Of a stretch of DNA of 64,000 nt, positions 16,059-25,782 are shown one piece after another. Location of the stretch: NCBI GenBank assembly GCA_963677485.1, contig OY781964.1, forward strand, positions 480,001-544,000, in the 5' to 3' direction. Source of the stretch: Armatimonadota bacterium. GTDB lineage: Bacteria > Armatimonadota > HRBIN16. The notes beneath the pieces were generated by a model. The model saw nothing but the letters and a program-made list of their open reading frames with translations. It made no database searches and had not been told where the DNA came from. A program made the translations under genes and the position numbers. Position 1 is the first letter of the stretch, and every line of letters begins with the position of its first letter.

Positions 16059-18028
16059 TTGACCAGCTCCTTTGATAGATTCGGTGTGTATTTCAGGCCT
16101 TGATCCTTGATGTATCCAACTTGCCCGTTGCCCAATACCCACAGTTGCTTCAAAAGCTCAGCACTGCCATCATACCGACCGTCGCTGCTGATGATCACAG
16201 TATCACCCGCTGGTTGCCATATGCGGGCTAACCGCTTGGCTGATGAAGCATCGTATAGGTCATAGCTAATTGAATCGACTTGGACGAGTATGCGTCGGTC
16301 ATCGGCGCAGTAAATGGCGTTGATACCGGCTTGCAGGAGCGTACGCAGTGGTTTGCCAGTCGAAAGGTCCCAAATGCGAAGCGTTTTCGCCTCGTCCAGA
16401 CTGATCAAGCGGTTTCCTGCGATATTGAACTGGGTAACGATCACCCGCCCTTGATGCGGGAACAGCTTCTGTTTGAATTTGTTACTCCCCGGTTCAGCAA
16501 GGAACAGTGTAGAACCCCGGCCATATGCATCTATAGGAGCAGGCGGCATGTCATAACCGCCCATGGCTACCATCTTGCCATTTGGACTAACTACCATCAT
16601 ATCAATTATAGATAGAGGCTTTGGTAACAGCTCATCTTTATGTAACTGAACATTCCATAGAAATGAACTTGCTGCGTCCCTGAACGCGAAATACCGACCA
16701 TCATAACTCATGCTGTTTATAGTAATCTGCCTGAAGAAGCGGTCGAACTTGAAGGTGCCGAGGAGCTTTTGAGGCTCGATCGAATACGTCATCAGCTCAC
16801 TGTTCTTACTATCAACATACAGATAGTTGGCCCCACCAACGCCAACCATGAGGGTGTTATCAGAACTAGATTCACCGTCACTCCCACTCGTCGACATCTG
16901 AAACACATCATTGAAAACCTGCGAGAACGAGGCATGAGGGTAGTTGATCTCCTTCTTACTGACCAATGCGGCAGGCAGGGTGACCAGCTTACTAAAGCCT
17001 CCATCTGGCGTTTCCGAAATTGAGAAGACTATTTTACCTGTAGCCATACTGACAGCTTGCAGTGGGGCCTCAGGGACTAACATGAGATCACCATTCCCGC
17101 TAAACCGCACATACCTAGGGCTTAAATTGGGTGGGGTGGTGACACTTATTGGTTTAAGCTCGTTGTCCCGAAATGCCAGTTTAAAGTCCTTTCCTGTGAC
17201 CACTACCCCCTTAGGTGATACTCCTTTGACCTCGTCTGTTAATCGCTTGAAGGGCAGCACAGGTTTGAAGCCGTCAGCCTTCCAGCGAGCTAGAAAACCG
17301 GACGGTATAGCAGCCACTATCTCTTTGGTAAGGGCGTTGTAACCTATATACTCACCAACCGAACTTTGCGTATAGTGTCGGTCATCTTCATCTACTACTG
17401 TGTATGTTTGAACGTTCAGCTCATCAGCACTGATGAGAACCATAGTGTCATATCCCGTTATACCTGCCCATTTTCCGCATTCTGGAAGCGCGACCAGTGA
17501 GGTTAAGGGATACCCAGTTTGCTTCGATCGGGTGGGCTTGCCTGTGACCACATCAAATTCAGACAGCAGCCCATCTTCATAGGAGACCACCAGCTTTGAA
17601 GAATTTAACGGAAACAGCATAGAGACTATGGGGCAATCCGAAGGTATAAGCTGCGGTGAGCGGGTTCCTGTTGTGCTGTAAACATAGATACCTGTGTGAG
17701 TACACATGGCCACCCATTCACCATGTGAGCTGATAGCCATGGCACTGTCAGACCGTCCTCTGGAACTCGTCGCTGTGACATTTTCGGCAGTGGCTTCCGG
17801 CAAGTAGCGAGCGATGATCTGCTTGTCAGCCAGCCTGAGTACCACGTACTCGTCGGTAAATGAGCCCAATATAGCTGTTTTCCCGTCTGCCGAGAGCTTA
17901 GCGTCAGGATAAATCGCGCTATATGTTGTCGGCCCCACCCAGTCCATAGGGTTGACGGGTGCTGCGGGAGCGCCGAGGGCCGACGCGGCGGCGCAGAGCA
18001 GCACGGCGAGGGTGAGCAGTGGACGCAT
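16046..18028 (-). CDS. Secreted WD40/beta-propeller protein, array paralog A2
   Basis: MRPLLTL...VNPMDWVGP leader with AAGGAG RBS; 'KLFPHQG..RLISLDEAKTLRIWD'; C-terminal 'DGRYDG..GLKYTP'. Confidence 0.75.
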   Translation of the reverse strand: MRPLLTLAVLLCAAASALGAPAAPVNPMDWVGPTTYSAIYPDAKLSADGKTAILGSFTDEYVVLRLADKQIIARYLPEATAENVTATSSRGRSDSAMAISSHGEWVAMCTHTGIYVYSTTGTRSPQLIPSDCPIVSMLFPLNSSKLVVSYEDGLLSEFDVVTGKPTRSKQTGYPLTSLVALPECGKWAGITGYDTMVLISADELNVQTYTVVDEDDRHYTQSSVGEYIGYNALTKEIVAAIPSGFLARWKADGFKPVLPFKRLTDEVKGVSPKGVVVTGKDFKLAFRDNELKPISVTTPPNLSPRYVRFSGNGDLMLVPEAPLQAVSMATGKIVFSISETPDGGFSKLVTLPAALVSKKEINYPHASFSQVFNDVFQMSTSGSDGESSSDNTLMVGVGGANYLYVDSKNSELMTYSIEPQKLLGTFKFDRFFRQITINSMSYDGRYFAFRDAASSFLWNVQLHKDELLPKPLSIIDMMVVSPNGKMVAMGGYDMPPAPIDAYGRGSTLFLAEPGSNKFKQKLFPHQGRVIVTQFNIAGNRLISLDEAKTLRIWDLSTGKPLRTLLQAGINAIYCADDRRILVQVDSISYDLYDASSAKRLARIWQPAGDTVIISSDGRYDGSAELLKQLWVLGNGQVGYIKDQGLKYTPNLSKELVKWLD

Positions 18029-18054
18029 ACTAGTTCTCCTTGGTATGTGATATC

Positions 18055-18960
18055 TCACTGTGTTGGCTTTTGGAGTTTCATGCGGTAGATTGTCTTCTTG
18101 CTTGCGATGTCTAACACTGATAGCTCTTTTTCGGTCAATGTGATCAGCCGCGTTCCATTGGGGCTGGGCTCAATGAACCCGGTGTCACGGCTTAGTGGTG
18201 GGAGAGGTTTTTTCGTACCGGTCTGTTGATCTAACAAATAAGGAGCATCATCAACTATCCGGTAGATGAATCGAAAATGACTGGTGCGGTTTTTGATTCT
18301 CTCTACGAGGAGAGTTCGGTAGGTTTCCATGTCCATATTGTCGAGAGAATAATACAGAGCTTTCCTGTCCAGAATTTTGACGATGCTGCCTGTCTCGATA
18401 TTCCAACTCACCTTACCGTAGTGTTCATCAATACCTGTCACGATGTTTGCGGCAGTAGGGTCAAAACTGGCAGCACGAAAGCCTGCAGATGGGTTGATGC
18501 GTTTTATGAGTGTCATGTTCTCCAGGTTATAGATACAACTGCCTTCGGACGTAGTGATGATCGCTCTTTTCCCATTTTTGTCTATCGCCGTAAGCCCAGG
18601 TTGGGTGGATGGGGTTCCCAACGGCTTCAGACTCCAGTCTTGAACACACAGCATCCATACGCCGTAAATCCCTTCTGCGATGATGTATTGATTGTCATCG
18701 CATCGGACGGCCGAAAGCAGTTGCGGGATGGTCGGTAATGGTTGCGTCACTCCGGTATTCACATCGACCAGCGTCGTACGACCGTTCTGTGACACAAGTA
18801 TTGTATGGTCTCCAACCGCCCATGTAGCACAAATCTGGTCTGAGTATTGCATCGTGACTACACACATAGGAAATGGCGTGTAATCCTTGCATAAACCATA
18901 CTTGCAAGTGATGAGTATAATGGCAGCACATGCCAATGCGATCTTCTGTAAATGTGTCAT
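18055..18960 (-). CDS. Secreted ~300 aa beta-propeller-like protein, array paralog B2
   Basis: MTHLQKIAL signal peptide; ATGA overlap with the upstream stop; homologous to B1. Confidence 0.65.
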   Translation of the reverse strand: MTHLQKIALACAAIILITCKYGLCKDYTPFPMCVVTMQYSDQICATWAVGDHTILVSQNGRTTLVDVNTGVTQPLPTIPQLLSAVRCDDNQYIIAEGIYGVWMLCVQDWSLKPLGTPSTQPGLTAIDKNGKRAIITTSEGSCIYNLENMTLIKRINPSAGFRAASFDPTAANIVTGIDEHYGKVSWNIETGSIVKILDRKALYYSLDNMDMETYRTLLVERIKNRTSHFRFIYRIVDDAPYLLDQQTGTKKPLPPLSRDTGFIEPSPNGTRLITLTEKELSVLDIASKKTIYRMKLQKPTQ

Positions 18961-20890
18961 CGTGATAATGCTCCCCATAGTCCAGGTGTATAGAGTAAGC
19001 CGCTTTTAGAAAGGGTGCCGGCACGCCCCTGTTCGAACGTCCATATCTGTTTGTCCCGCAGGTTCAGAGTGCCATCGTATCGGCCATCGACAGAAACTGT
19101 GGCGTAATCCTTGTAAGTACGCCAGGTTCGTGCCAAGTACTTTCCTGTAGTGGCATCTAACAGATCGTAAGCAACGGCGTTCGCACGGACAAATATACGC
19201 CTGTCATTCATGCAAAAGTAGGCGTCTATACCCGCATTCAGGATAGTGAACAGGAGCTTACCTGAGGTAGTATCCCACATGCGCAGGGTGTTGGCTTCGT
19301 CGATGCTTATCAGTCGAGTGCCGTTAAGGTTAAATTGGAGTGCTAGCACATATCCTTGATGGGGAAACAGTTTGCGAATCACCTTCGTACTGCCCGATTT
19401 GGCGATAAATATCGTGGATCCTCGACCGTATTCATCTAGTGGAGGAGCTGGGAAGTCAAACCCAGCCATGGCGATCAACCGGCATCTGGACTGATTTTAC
19501 CATTGTTGATTGTAGATGCGATGTCGGGAACCGGCCGATATTTGCCACTCTTCAGATTGCGCAACGCGAATCGTTTGCTGCGTATGTCTACGAGCAACCG
19601 CGCATCATCACTCATGCTGAGACGTCGATCGAATTCACGGAACTTAGTGTAATATTCACTACTAGGATACTTCCTGATCTGCTTACCGGTGGTAATGTCT
19701 CGCAGTATGAGTTGTCCATCATTAGCTTGAGACACAGTGTATTTGCCTGCTGTAGCGTCGAGGTCTCCACCAGCATTGACTGTGTATAGGCCCGGTATTA
19801 CCTGTCGGTAACTACTGCGTATAGAAGGATGAATCTTGATTCCGTTGGTTACGGTAGAGAAACCCAGGTTATAACCATGCAATTCTTTATCAGAAACCCA
19901 ACGAATGTTGAGGTTTTTGATGTCGACCATTACAGGATAGAAAGATCCGACAAGGGCGAAATCGCCGTTTACGCTAGCGCTGATATTTATGGTTGGTATT
20001 GCATCATTTGAACGTTTGAGCAGTTTCAAGTTGGTATCACGTATACTGAGCCTGTAATCCTCATCGGTAATTACATGTCCGGTAGATGTGATACTTTTGA
20101 TATCAATTTTGCTTGGTTCCGCGCTGTCCAGCTCCATTTTGGGCATCTTCCACCGCGCCAGTATACCTGAGGGTAAAAATGCGCTGAGGAGAAGCTGCTG
20201 CTTGTCATACCCAATAAACGAACCATGCCCCGAGGTTATTATCGATGGGCTGGCGGAGGACTTGGTTTCTAAGTATGACAACGAATAGTCTGTCGGATCA
20301 ATAAGCACTATCGCATTCTGCTTCACGATACCCGCTAGTTTTCCTAAATCGGTTAGCATCGAGAGGCAGTATACGGCTTGCCCTATCTGCGTCTCTTTGA
20401 CCATCTGACCCGAACCACAGTCGTATTCATTGAGAGCACCACCCGTTGTGGCCACCAGCAGATGGTTTGTGCCCGGAACGAATAGTATGGACGCAACTGA
20501 GGTATTGGGTCTGATGTGTTGCACAGGTTGTCCTGTCAGCCTGTTCCACCATAATACCGAATCGCCACTGTTCAGGGCTAGATATTCACCATGTCCGCTT
20601 AAGCACATGGCCGGGCCATATGGACCGAACCTCATGACGCGCGTTCCATTGTCAAAACCAGATAGGACATAGCGGTTAATGATCCGAAGTTGAGGAATGT
20701 CCATGATATCGACCACGCCGTGTTCATTATAGAGAGCCGCGATTAAGCCATCATCGGAGATAGCTGAACTGTGTACCATCTCAGGCGAACCTGGCCCCAC
20801 CCAGTCCATGGGGTTTACGGGTGCGGCGGGTGCCGCAAGCACCGATACGGCGGCGCAGAGCAGCAGCGCGAGGGTGAGCAGTGGACGCAT
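18957..20890 (-). pseudogene. WD40/beta-propeller paralog A3 split by a single-base frameshift near 19483 (real lesion or assembly error)
   Basis: ORFs 19475-20896 and 18957-19478 together align to full-length A1/A2. Adding one G gives SPDGRLIAMAG, matching SPNGKMVAMGG and SSDGRLYALAG in the paralogs. Confidence 0.7.
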
Positions 20891-21132
20891 ACACATTCTC
20901 CTTCGGTCAGTTCATAACATCACTGTAACGTCATTATACGCCTGCAATGCAATTGGTTTCCAACATAAATCCCCTGCAAACAAGGGTAATTCAACTCCAT
21001 TTTCCATTGATCTCACTCCCTGTGACGAGACACGGTAAAACGGTGTCGAATCCCGGCCGTGTCGCCCTATCCATCACACCGGCGATTCGCTATACTGTTA
21101 GGTGTAATTACCAGCACTAATGTATGCCGCTT

Positions 21133-21147
21133 GTGTTGCGCTAACAC
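21133..21147. promoter_or_regulatory. Possible LacI-family operator upstream of the epimerase operon
   Basis: Near-palindrome GTGTTGCGCTAACAC with central CG, downstream of a TATACT -10-like hexamer at 21091. Confidence 0.3.
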
Positions 21148-21198
21148 TTCGGCTTTCATCATCCCGATCACCCAACATATTCATAAGGTGGAATAGAC

Positions 21199-22146
21199 AT
21201 GGCACTGCAAAACTTTGAGCAAAAGACCCTGAAGATTCGTGAAGACTACCTGGCCGCAAAGAAGGCTAACCCCGCACGGTTTGAAGCCAAGCTGAACCTC
21301 TCCTGGAGCAACTGGGGATTCGGCATGGAGAAGCTGGAGGTTTCGGCCAAACGGCTGGCTGACAACGGCATCCCCTTCATCGAGCTGCACGGCAACCGCT
21401 ACGGCGCGGATCTTGGCTATAAGGCCAAAGAGACTCAGATGATTCTGGATGACCACGGCGTGAAAGTGGGCGGCATCTGCGGCATGTTCAGTGCACAGTG
21501 CGACATGGCAAGTAACATCTCCATCATCCGCCAGACCGCCATCGACTATATCCGCCGCAACGTCGACCTCGCCCAGGAGATGGGTGGGAAGTATATCCTC
21601 ATCGTGCCTGGCGCTGTGGGTCGTCCCGGCGTGATCGACGACATGGAAGTGGACCGCTCACTTGAGACACTGGCGTTGGTCGCCGATGTGCTGACTGATG
21701 CTGGCGTGAGAGGGGCCATCGAGCCCATCCGATCCGCCGAGACCAGCATCATCCATTCTTTCGCAGAGGCCAAAGACTACATCAAACGGCTGAACCACCC
21801 GGGTGTGCAGCATATCAACGGCGACGCCTACCACATGCTGGTGGAGGAGAGCCACATCCCCGAGGCCATCGTCAACGCTGGATCGATGCTGACGAACCTT
21901 CACCTGGCCGATACCAACCGGTGCGCACTGGGTGATGGTTCCCTCGACGTGGACACGCTGATAATGGCACTCTACCTTATTGGTTATAACAACGAGTGGT
22001 GCTACGCCACTCCGGAGCCGCTTGGCCCCGGCGGCGATCCATACCCCGCCATGTATGGCAAGCCCGATCCCAAGTTCCTCGACGCGCTGGTGGCGGACAC
22101 CGCCCGCTGCTGGTATGAGCGCGAGGCGTATGTGCGTAGCCTATAG
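21199..22146 (+). CDS. Sugar phosphate isomerase/epimerase (D-psicose/D-tagatose 3-epimerase-like, AP_endonuc_2 TIM barrel)
   Basis: 'AIEPIRSAET', 'GDAYHMLVEE', 'LHLADTNR..LGDG.LD' metal-binding motifs. Confidence 0.85.
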   Translation: MALQNFEQKTLKIREDYLAAKKANPARFEAKLNLSWSNWGFGMEKLEVSAKRLADNGIPFIELHGNRYGADLGYKAKETQMILDDHGVKVGGICGMFSAQCDMASNISIIRQTAIDYIRRNVDLAQEMGGKYILIVPGAVGRPGVIDDMEVDRSLETLALVADVLTDAGVRGAIEPIRSAETSIIHSFAEAKDYIKRLNHPGVQHINGDAYHMLVEESHIPEAIVNAGSMLTNLHLADTNRCALGDGSLDVDTLIMALYLIGYNNEWCYATPEPLGPGGDPYPAMYGKPDPKFLDALVADTARCWYEREAYVRSL

Positions 22147-22249
22147 TCAATCAGGCCGCTAATGCGGTCAGTAGTGGTGGGGTTAGTCATCGGATCGCCA
22201 GTCGGTCTGGCTGCCCCACCCTCTTAGCATCCATCTGGGAGATTTGGAA

Positions 22250-24709
22250 ATGTATAAAGCGATCATGCTATTCATGGTGTTGGCCATCTGTGCCAACGCC
22301 CATGCCGCCAAAAGGTTGAAGCCCACATTCATCTTCTCAAATGGAAGCACCATAGTCGCTTCGGCTGTGGTGACCGATGCGCCATACCAAGCTGATAAAA
22401 CCGGCAAGTCGGACGCCACTGCCGCTATCCAACGCGCGCTGGACGATGTGGCGGAGGTCGGCGGGGGTGTGGTTTATATGCCGGCTGGCCGATACCGCAT
22501 TGAGGGCAGTCTGAAACTTGGTTACGCCACGGCACTGGTTGGCGAATGGAAGTATTCCCATGACGGGAACATTGGCATGGGCACGATACTGCTGGCTTAT
22601 GGTGGAAGAGATAAAGCCGAAGGGGATGCGTTATTGCTTGCCACCAGCTCTGAAACGGCGTTGATGAACCTCACAATTTACTACCCGGAGCAGAAGCCCG
22701 ATGATATCCGCCCGTATCCGCCTACGATCTCATCATTCATGTCGACTCTGCAAAACCTGATATTGTGTAACTCTTATTTCGCGATTGATCAAAAATCGAT
22801 GAACGCCAGTTTCCTGAGCGATATCTACAGCACGGCACTTGTCAGGGGGTTATATGCTCCCGAATCGCAGGAGTTCTCCTGGATTCGCGATGTACATTTC
22901 GACAATTTCTACTGGAAAGAGGCCGTCAAGCTGTTCGACGGCAAACCCATGACCGCTGCGCAGGCGGCAATGGTAGACGCCTATGCGAAGGCGCACCTCG
23001 TCGGCCTGGAGCTTCAGCGGCTGGATGCTTTGGCAATCGACGGCTTTAGCGCAAAATCAGCCCAGGTTCCCATCCGCATGGCGAAAAACCCGAAATACCC
23101 ACACCCCGTGTTTGGATACGGCGGCGTGGCGATGGACTTCAAGGGCCAGCGAGATGAACAAGGATGGGCGCCATGGTATTACTACATGCGCTATGCCAAT
23201 GTGGATAATGTGCCGGAAATAGCGGGTATACGCTACTTCCCCCCAAAAACGCCCACTGCAAAGCGCGTAGATAAATCTTCGTTCTACGACGTCACCCAGC
23301 CGCCCTATAACGCTATGGGGGACGGAATCGCCGATGACACCGCGGCGGTCAAGAAGGCCTTGTCGGCCGCATCCAAACGTGGCGGCGGCACCGTCTACCT
23401 TCCTCAAGGGCACTACCGAATTACCTCTCCGCTAGTTATCCCCACAGGCGTAGAGCTCCGAGGACCTTATGCCGCAGGCAAGATGCGGGCGTTCAAAGAG
23501 GGTTGCGCTCTGGAAGTGTATTGCGGCAAAGGCTCGATTGCACCGGAGACCGACACGGCCTTCATCACACTGCAAGCGAACTCGGGAATCCGCGGGTTCA
23601 CGATCTCGCACCCAGAGCAGTCGTTCGACGTCAAGAAGCTGGTCTCCTACCCGTATACCATCAGGGGTAATGGATCGAATGTGTATATCATGGATGTCGA
23701 CTTGTTGAACTCCACATACGGCATCGACTTCGCCACCAATCGGTGCGATGGCCACCTGGTCAGGGGTATGTGGGCAACGGTGCTCTTCAAGGGGATCAAC
23801 GTCGGTGCCAACTCACGCGACGGGAAGCTGGAGCGTATGGCGTTCTCTGTCGGACCATTCTCCGAGTCGGGAAGATATGCTGCAGTGAAGACAGAGGAGA
23901 CCAACACCGATCTTCGAGACTTCATCAGCAACAACCTGGTGTGTTACCTGTTCGGTGACAGTGTGAATGAGAAGGGTTGGGGACTCGTTAGTTTCCTTCC
24001 GTTGACGCACTACGAATTCTACGAAGACAAAGGACAAGGCTGCACTAACGCCAATTTCTGGCTGTCCATGCACGATGTCGGTAAAAGATTCAACATCCTG
24101 GCAAACAGCGGTAAGAATATCAGCCTGATAGGCTACTTCTGCTCTGGCTCCGGCGAGGGCAAATACAACTGGCTGGAGGTTGGGCCAGCCTTCAAGGGAC
24201 CATTGAATGTCTACGCAAAGACGGTGCAGCAATCCGGTATCAACCACCCATACGGCTTTTCCTCACGGCAGGTGGCGTTCTACGAGGAAACTTCGCTGAC
24301 CACCGGCAAGAATGCCACCGCAATCAAGAGTGCGGACGGCAACACACCCGCGAAAGCGGTGGACCGTGATCCACGTAGCTTCTGGCAGGCACCCGCAGGC
24401 AGTGACCTGGACGTGGATTTGGGCCAGACCCGCACCATCACCGGTTTCGGGCTTGTTAACGCGGGGTTGTTCGACGATCTGAAGCAGAATGCCGAGGAGG
24501 CCGAACTCTGGACCAGCGCTGATGGTCAGGATTACACCAAAGCCGAAACGGTCTATGTCAGACCCGGAGGCGCCCTTCAGCCCTACTCCAACTCTTGGGC
24601 TGACTGTCCGGTCACGCCGGTCACCGCGAGATACGTGAGGCTGAAGGTGACCAAACCAGGAGCAGATGGCATCATTCGGATATCGACTTTCAACGTATTC
24701 GGTTACTAA
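22250..24709 (+). CDS. Secreted double beta-helix (Pectate_lyase_3, GH55/GH28-related) protein with C-terminal F5/8 type C (CBM32-like) domain
   Basis: Two copies of 'D.T.A...AL....GGG.VY.P.G.YRI'; C-terminal 'KAVD.DP..FW...DVDLGQ...TARYVRL'. Confidence 0.75.
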   Translation: MYKAIMLFMVLAICANAHAAKRLKPTFIFSNGSTIVASAVVTDAPYQADKTGKSDATAAIQRALDDVAEVGGGVVYMPAGRYRIEGSLKLGYATALVGEWKYSHDGNIGMGTILLAYGGRDKAEGDALLLATSSETALMNLTIYYPEQKPDDIRPYPPTISSFMSTLQNLILCNSYFAIDQKSMNASFLSDIYSTALVRGLYAPESQEFSWIRDVHFDNFYWKEAVKLFDGKPMTAAQAAMVDAYAKAHLVGLELQRLDALAIDGFSAKSAQVPIRMAKNPKYPHPVFGYGGVAMDFKGQRDEQGWAPWYYYMRYANVDNVPEIAGIRYFPPKTPTAKRVDKSSFYDVTQPPYNAMGDGIADDTAAVKKALSAASKRGGGTVYLPQGHYRITSPLVIPTGVELRGPYAAGKMRAFKEGCALEVYCGKGSIAPETDTAFITLQANSGIRGFTISHPEQSFDVKKLVSYPYTIRGNGSNVYIMDVDLLNSTYGIDFATNRCDGHLVRGMWATVLFKGINVGANSRDGKLERMAFSVGPFSESGRYAAVKTEETNTDLRDFISNNLVCYLFGDSVNEKGWGLVSFLPLTHYEFYEDKGQGCTNANFWLSMHDVGKRFNILANSGKNISLIGYFCSGSGEGKYNWLEVGPAFKGPLNVYAKTVQQSGINHPYGFSSRQVAFYEETSLTTGKNATAIKSADGNTPAKAVDRDPRSFWQAPAGSDLDVDLGQTRTITGFGLVNAGLFDDLKQNAEEAELWTSADGQDYTKAETVYVRPGGALQPYSNSWADCPVTPVTARYVRLKVTKPGADGIIRISTFNVFGY

Positions 24710-24744
24710 CAAACACACACTAAGACCATCGGGGGCATCAGATT

Positions 24745-25752
24745 TTGAACAGCAGAGAACGGGTAAGAGCACTTCTGGCAGGCGAACCAACAGACCGAGT
24801 CGGCTTTTGGCTGGGTGAACCCCACGCGGAGACTTGGCCGATCTACCTGAAGCACTTCGGTCTGACCGAAAAGGAGGATCTGCGTAAACTGCTTGGCGAT
24901 GATCTGCGCTGGATCTATGCGGAGATGGGCGGGTATCAGCACCCGGATGGCCACCCTATGTTTCAGTTCACGAAGCTGGATGCTGATGGCCGAGTTGTGC
25001 CGGTCTTCGCTGACTGCGAAGACGTGGCGGAACTTGATGACTACGAGTGGCCCAACCCCGAATACATGGACTTCAGTTACACCCTGAACGCACTGCGCAA
25101 CACCGGAGACTACTATCGGGCCAGTGGCATGTGGTCGCCCTTCTTCCATATGGTCGCCGATCTGTTTGGCATGGAAAACTACTTTGTGAAGATGCACACC
25201 AACCCCGATGTGGTGGATGCCGTGACCCGCAAGGTGTGCGACTTCTATTATGACTCCAATGTGCGTTTCTTCGACCAGGCTGGCGATGAGATGGATGCCT
25301 TCTTCTTCGGTAACGACTTCGGCACGCAGCTTGATACACTGATCAGCCCGAAATGCTTTGACCGCTTCATCATGCCGGACATCAAGCGGCTGATCGACTT
25401 GGGCCACTCACGCGGCTACCAGGTGATGAGCCATAGCTGCGGAGCGGTTCATAAGTTCATTGACCGTTATATTGATGCTGGTCTGAACGGTCTGCATCCT
25501 CTCCAGGCGAAGGCCGCGAATATGGACGCCGAGACGCTGGCCCGCGACTTCAAAGGCCGCCTGACCTTCATTGGCGGCATCGACACGCAAGAGCTGTTGA
25601 TGAATGCCACACCGGAGCAGGTGAAGCAGGAGGTGCGCCGCGTGAAATCGCTGCTCGGACCACGGCTGATCGTCAGTCCCAGCCATGAGTGCCTGCTGCC
25701 GAACGTGCCGCCCGAGAACGTGCTGGCCATGGCCGAAGCCGCGCTGGAGTAG
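24745..25752 (+). CDS. Uroporphyrinogen decarboxylase-family (MtaA/CmuA-like) protein
   Basis: 'NSRERV', 'NDFGTQ..LISP', 'HSCG', 'FIGGIDTQ.L...TPEQV', 'PSHE...VPPENV'. TTG start. Confidence 0.85.
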   Translation: MNSRERVRALLAGEPTDRVGFWLGEPHAETWPIYLKHFGLTEKEDLRKLLGDDLRWIYAEMGGYQHPDGHPMFQFTKLDADGRVVPVFADCEDVAELDDYEWPNPEYMDFSYTLNALRNTGDYYRASGMWSPFFHMVADLFGMENYFVKMHTNPDVVDAVTRKVCDFYYDSNVRFFDQAGDEMDAFFFGNDFGTQLDTLISPKCFDRFIMPDIKRLIDLGHSRGYQVMSHSCGAVHKFIDRYIDAGLNGLHPLQAKAANMDAETLARDFKGRLTFIGGIDTQELLMNATPEQVKQEVRRVKSLLGPRLIVSPSHECLLPNVPPENVLAMAEAALE

Positions 25753-25782
25753 CGATCATCGCGATTTACAAGGAGAGCTGAT

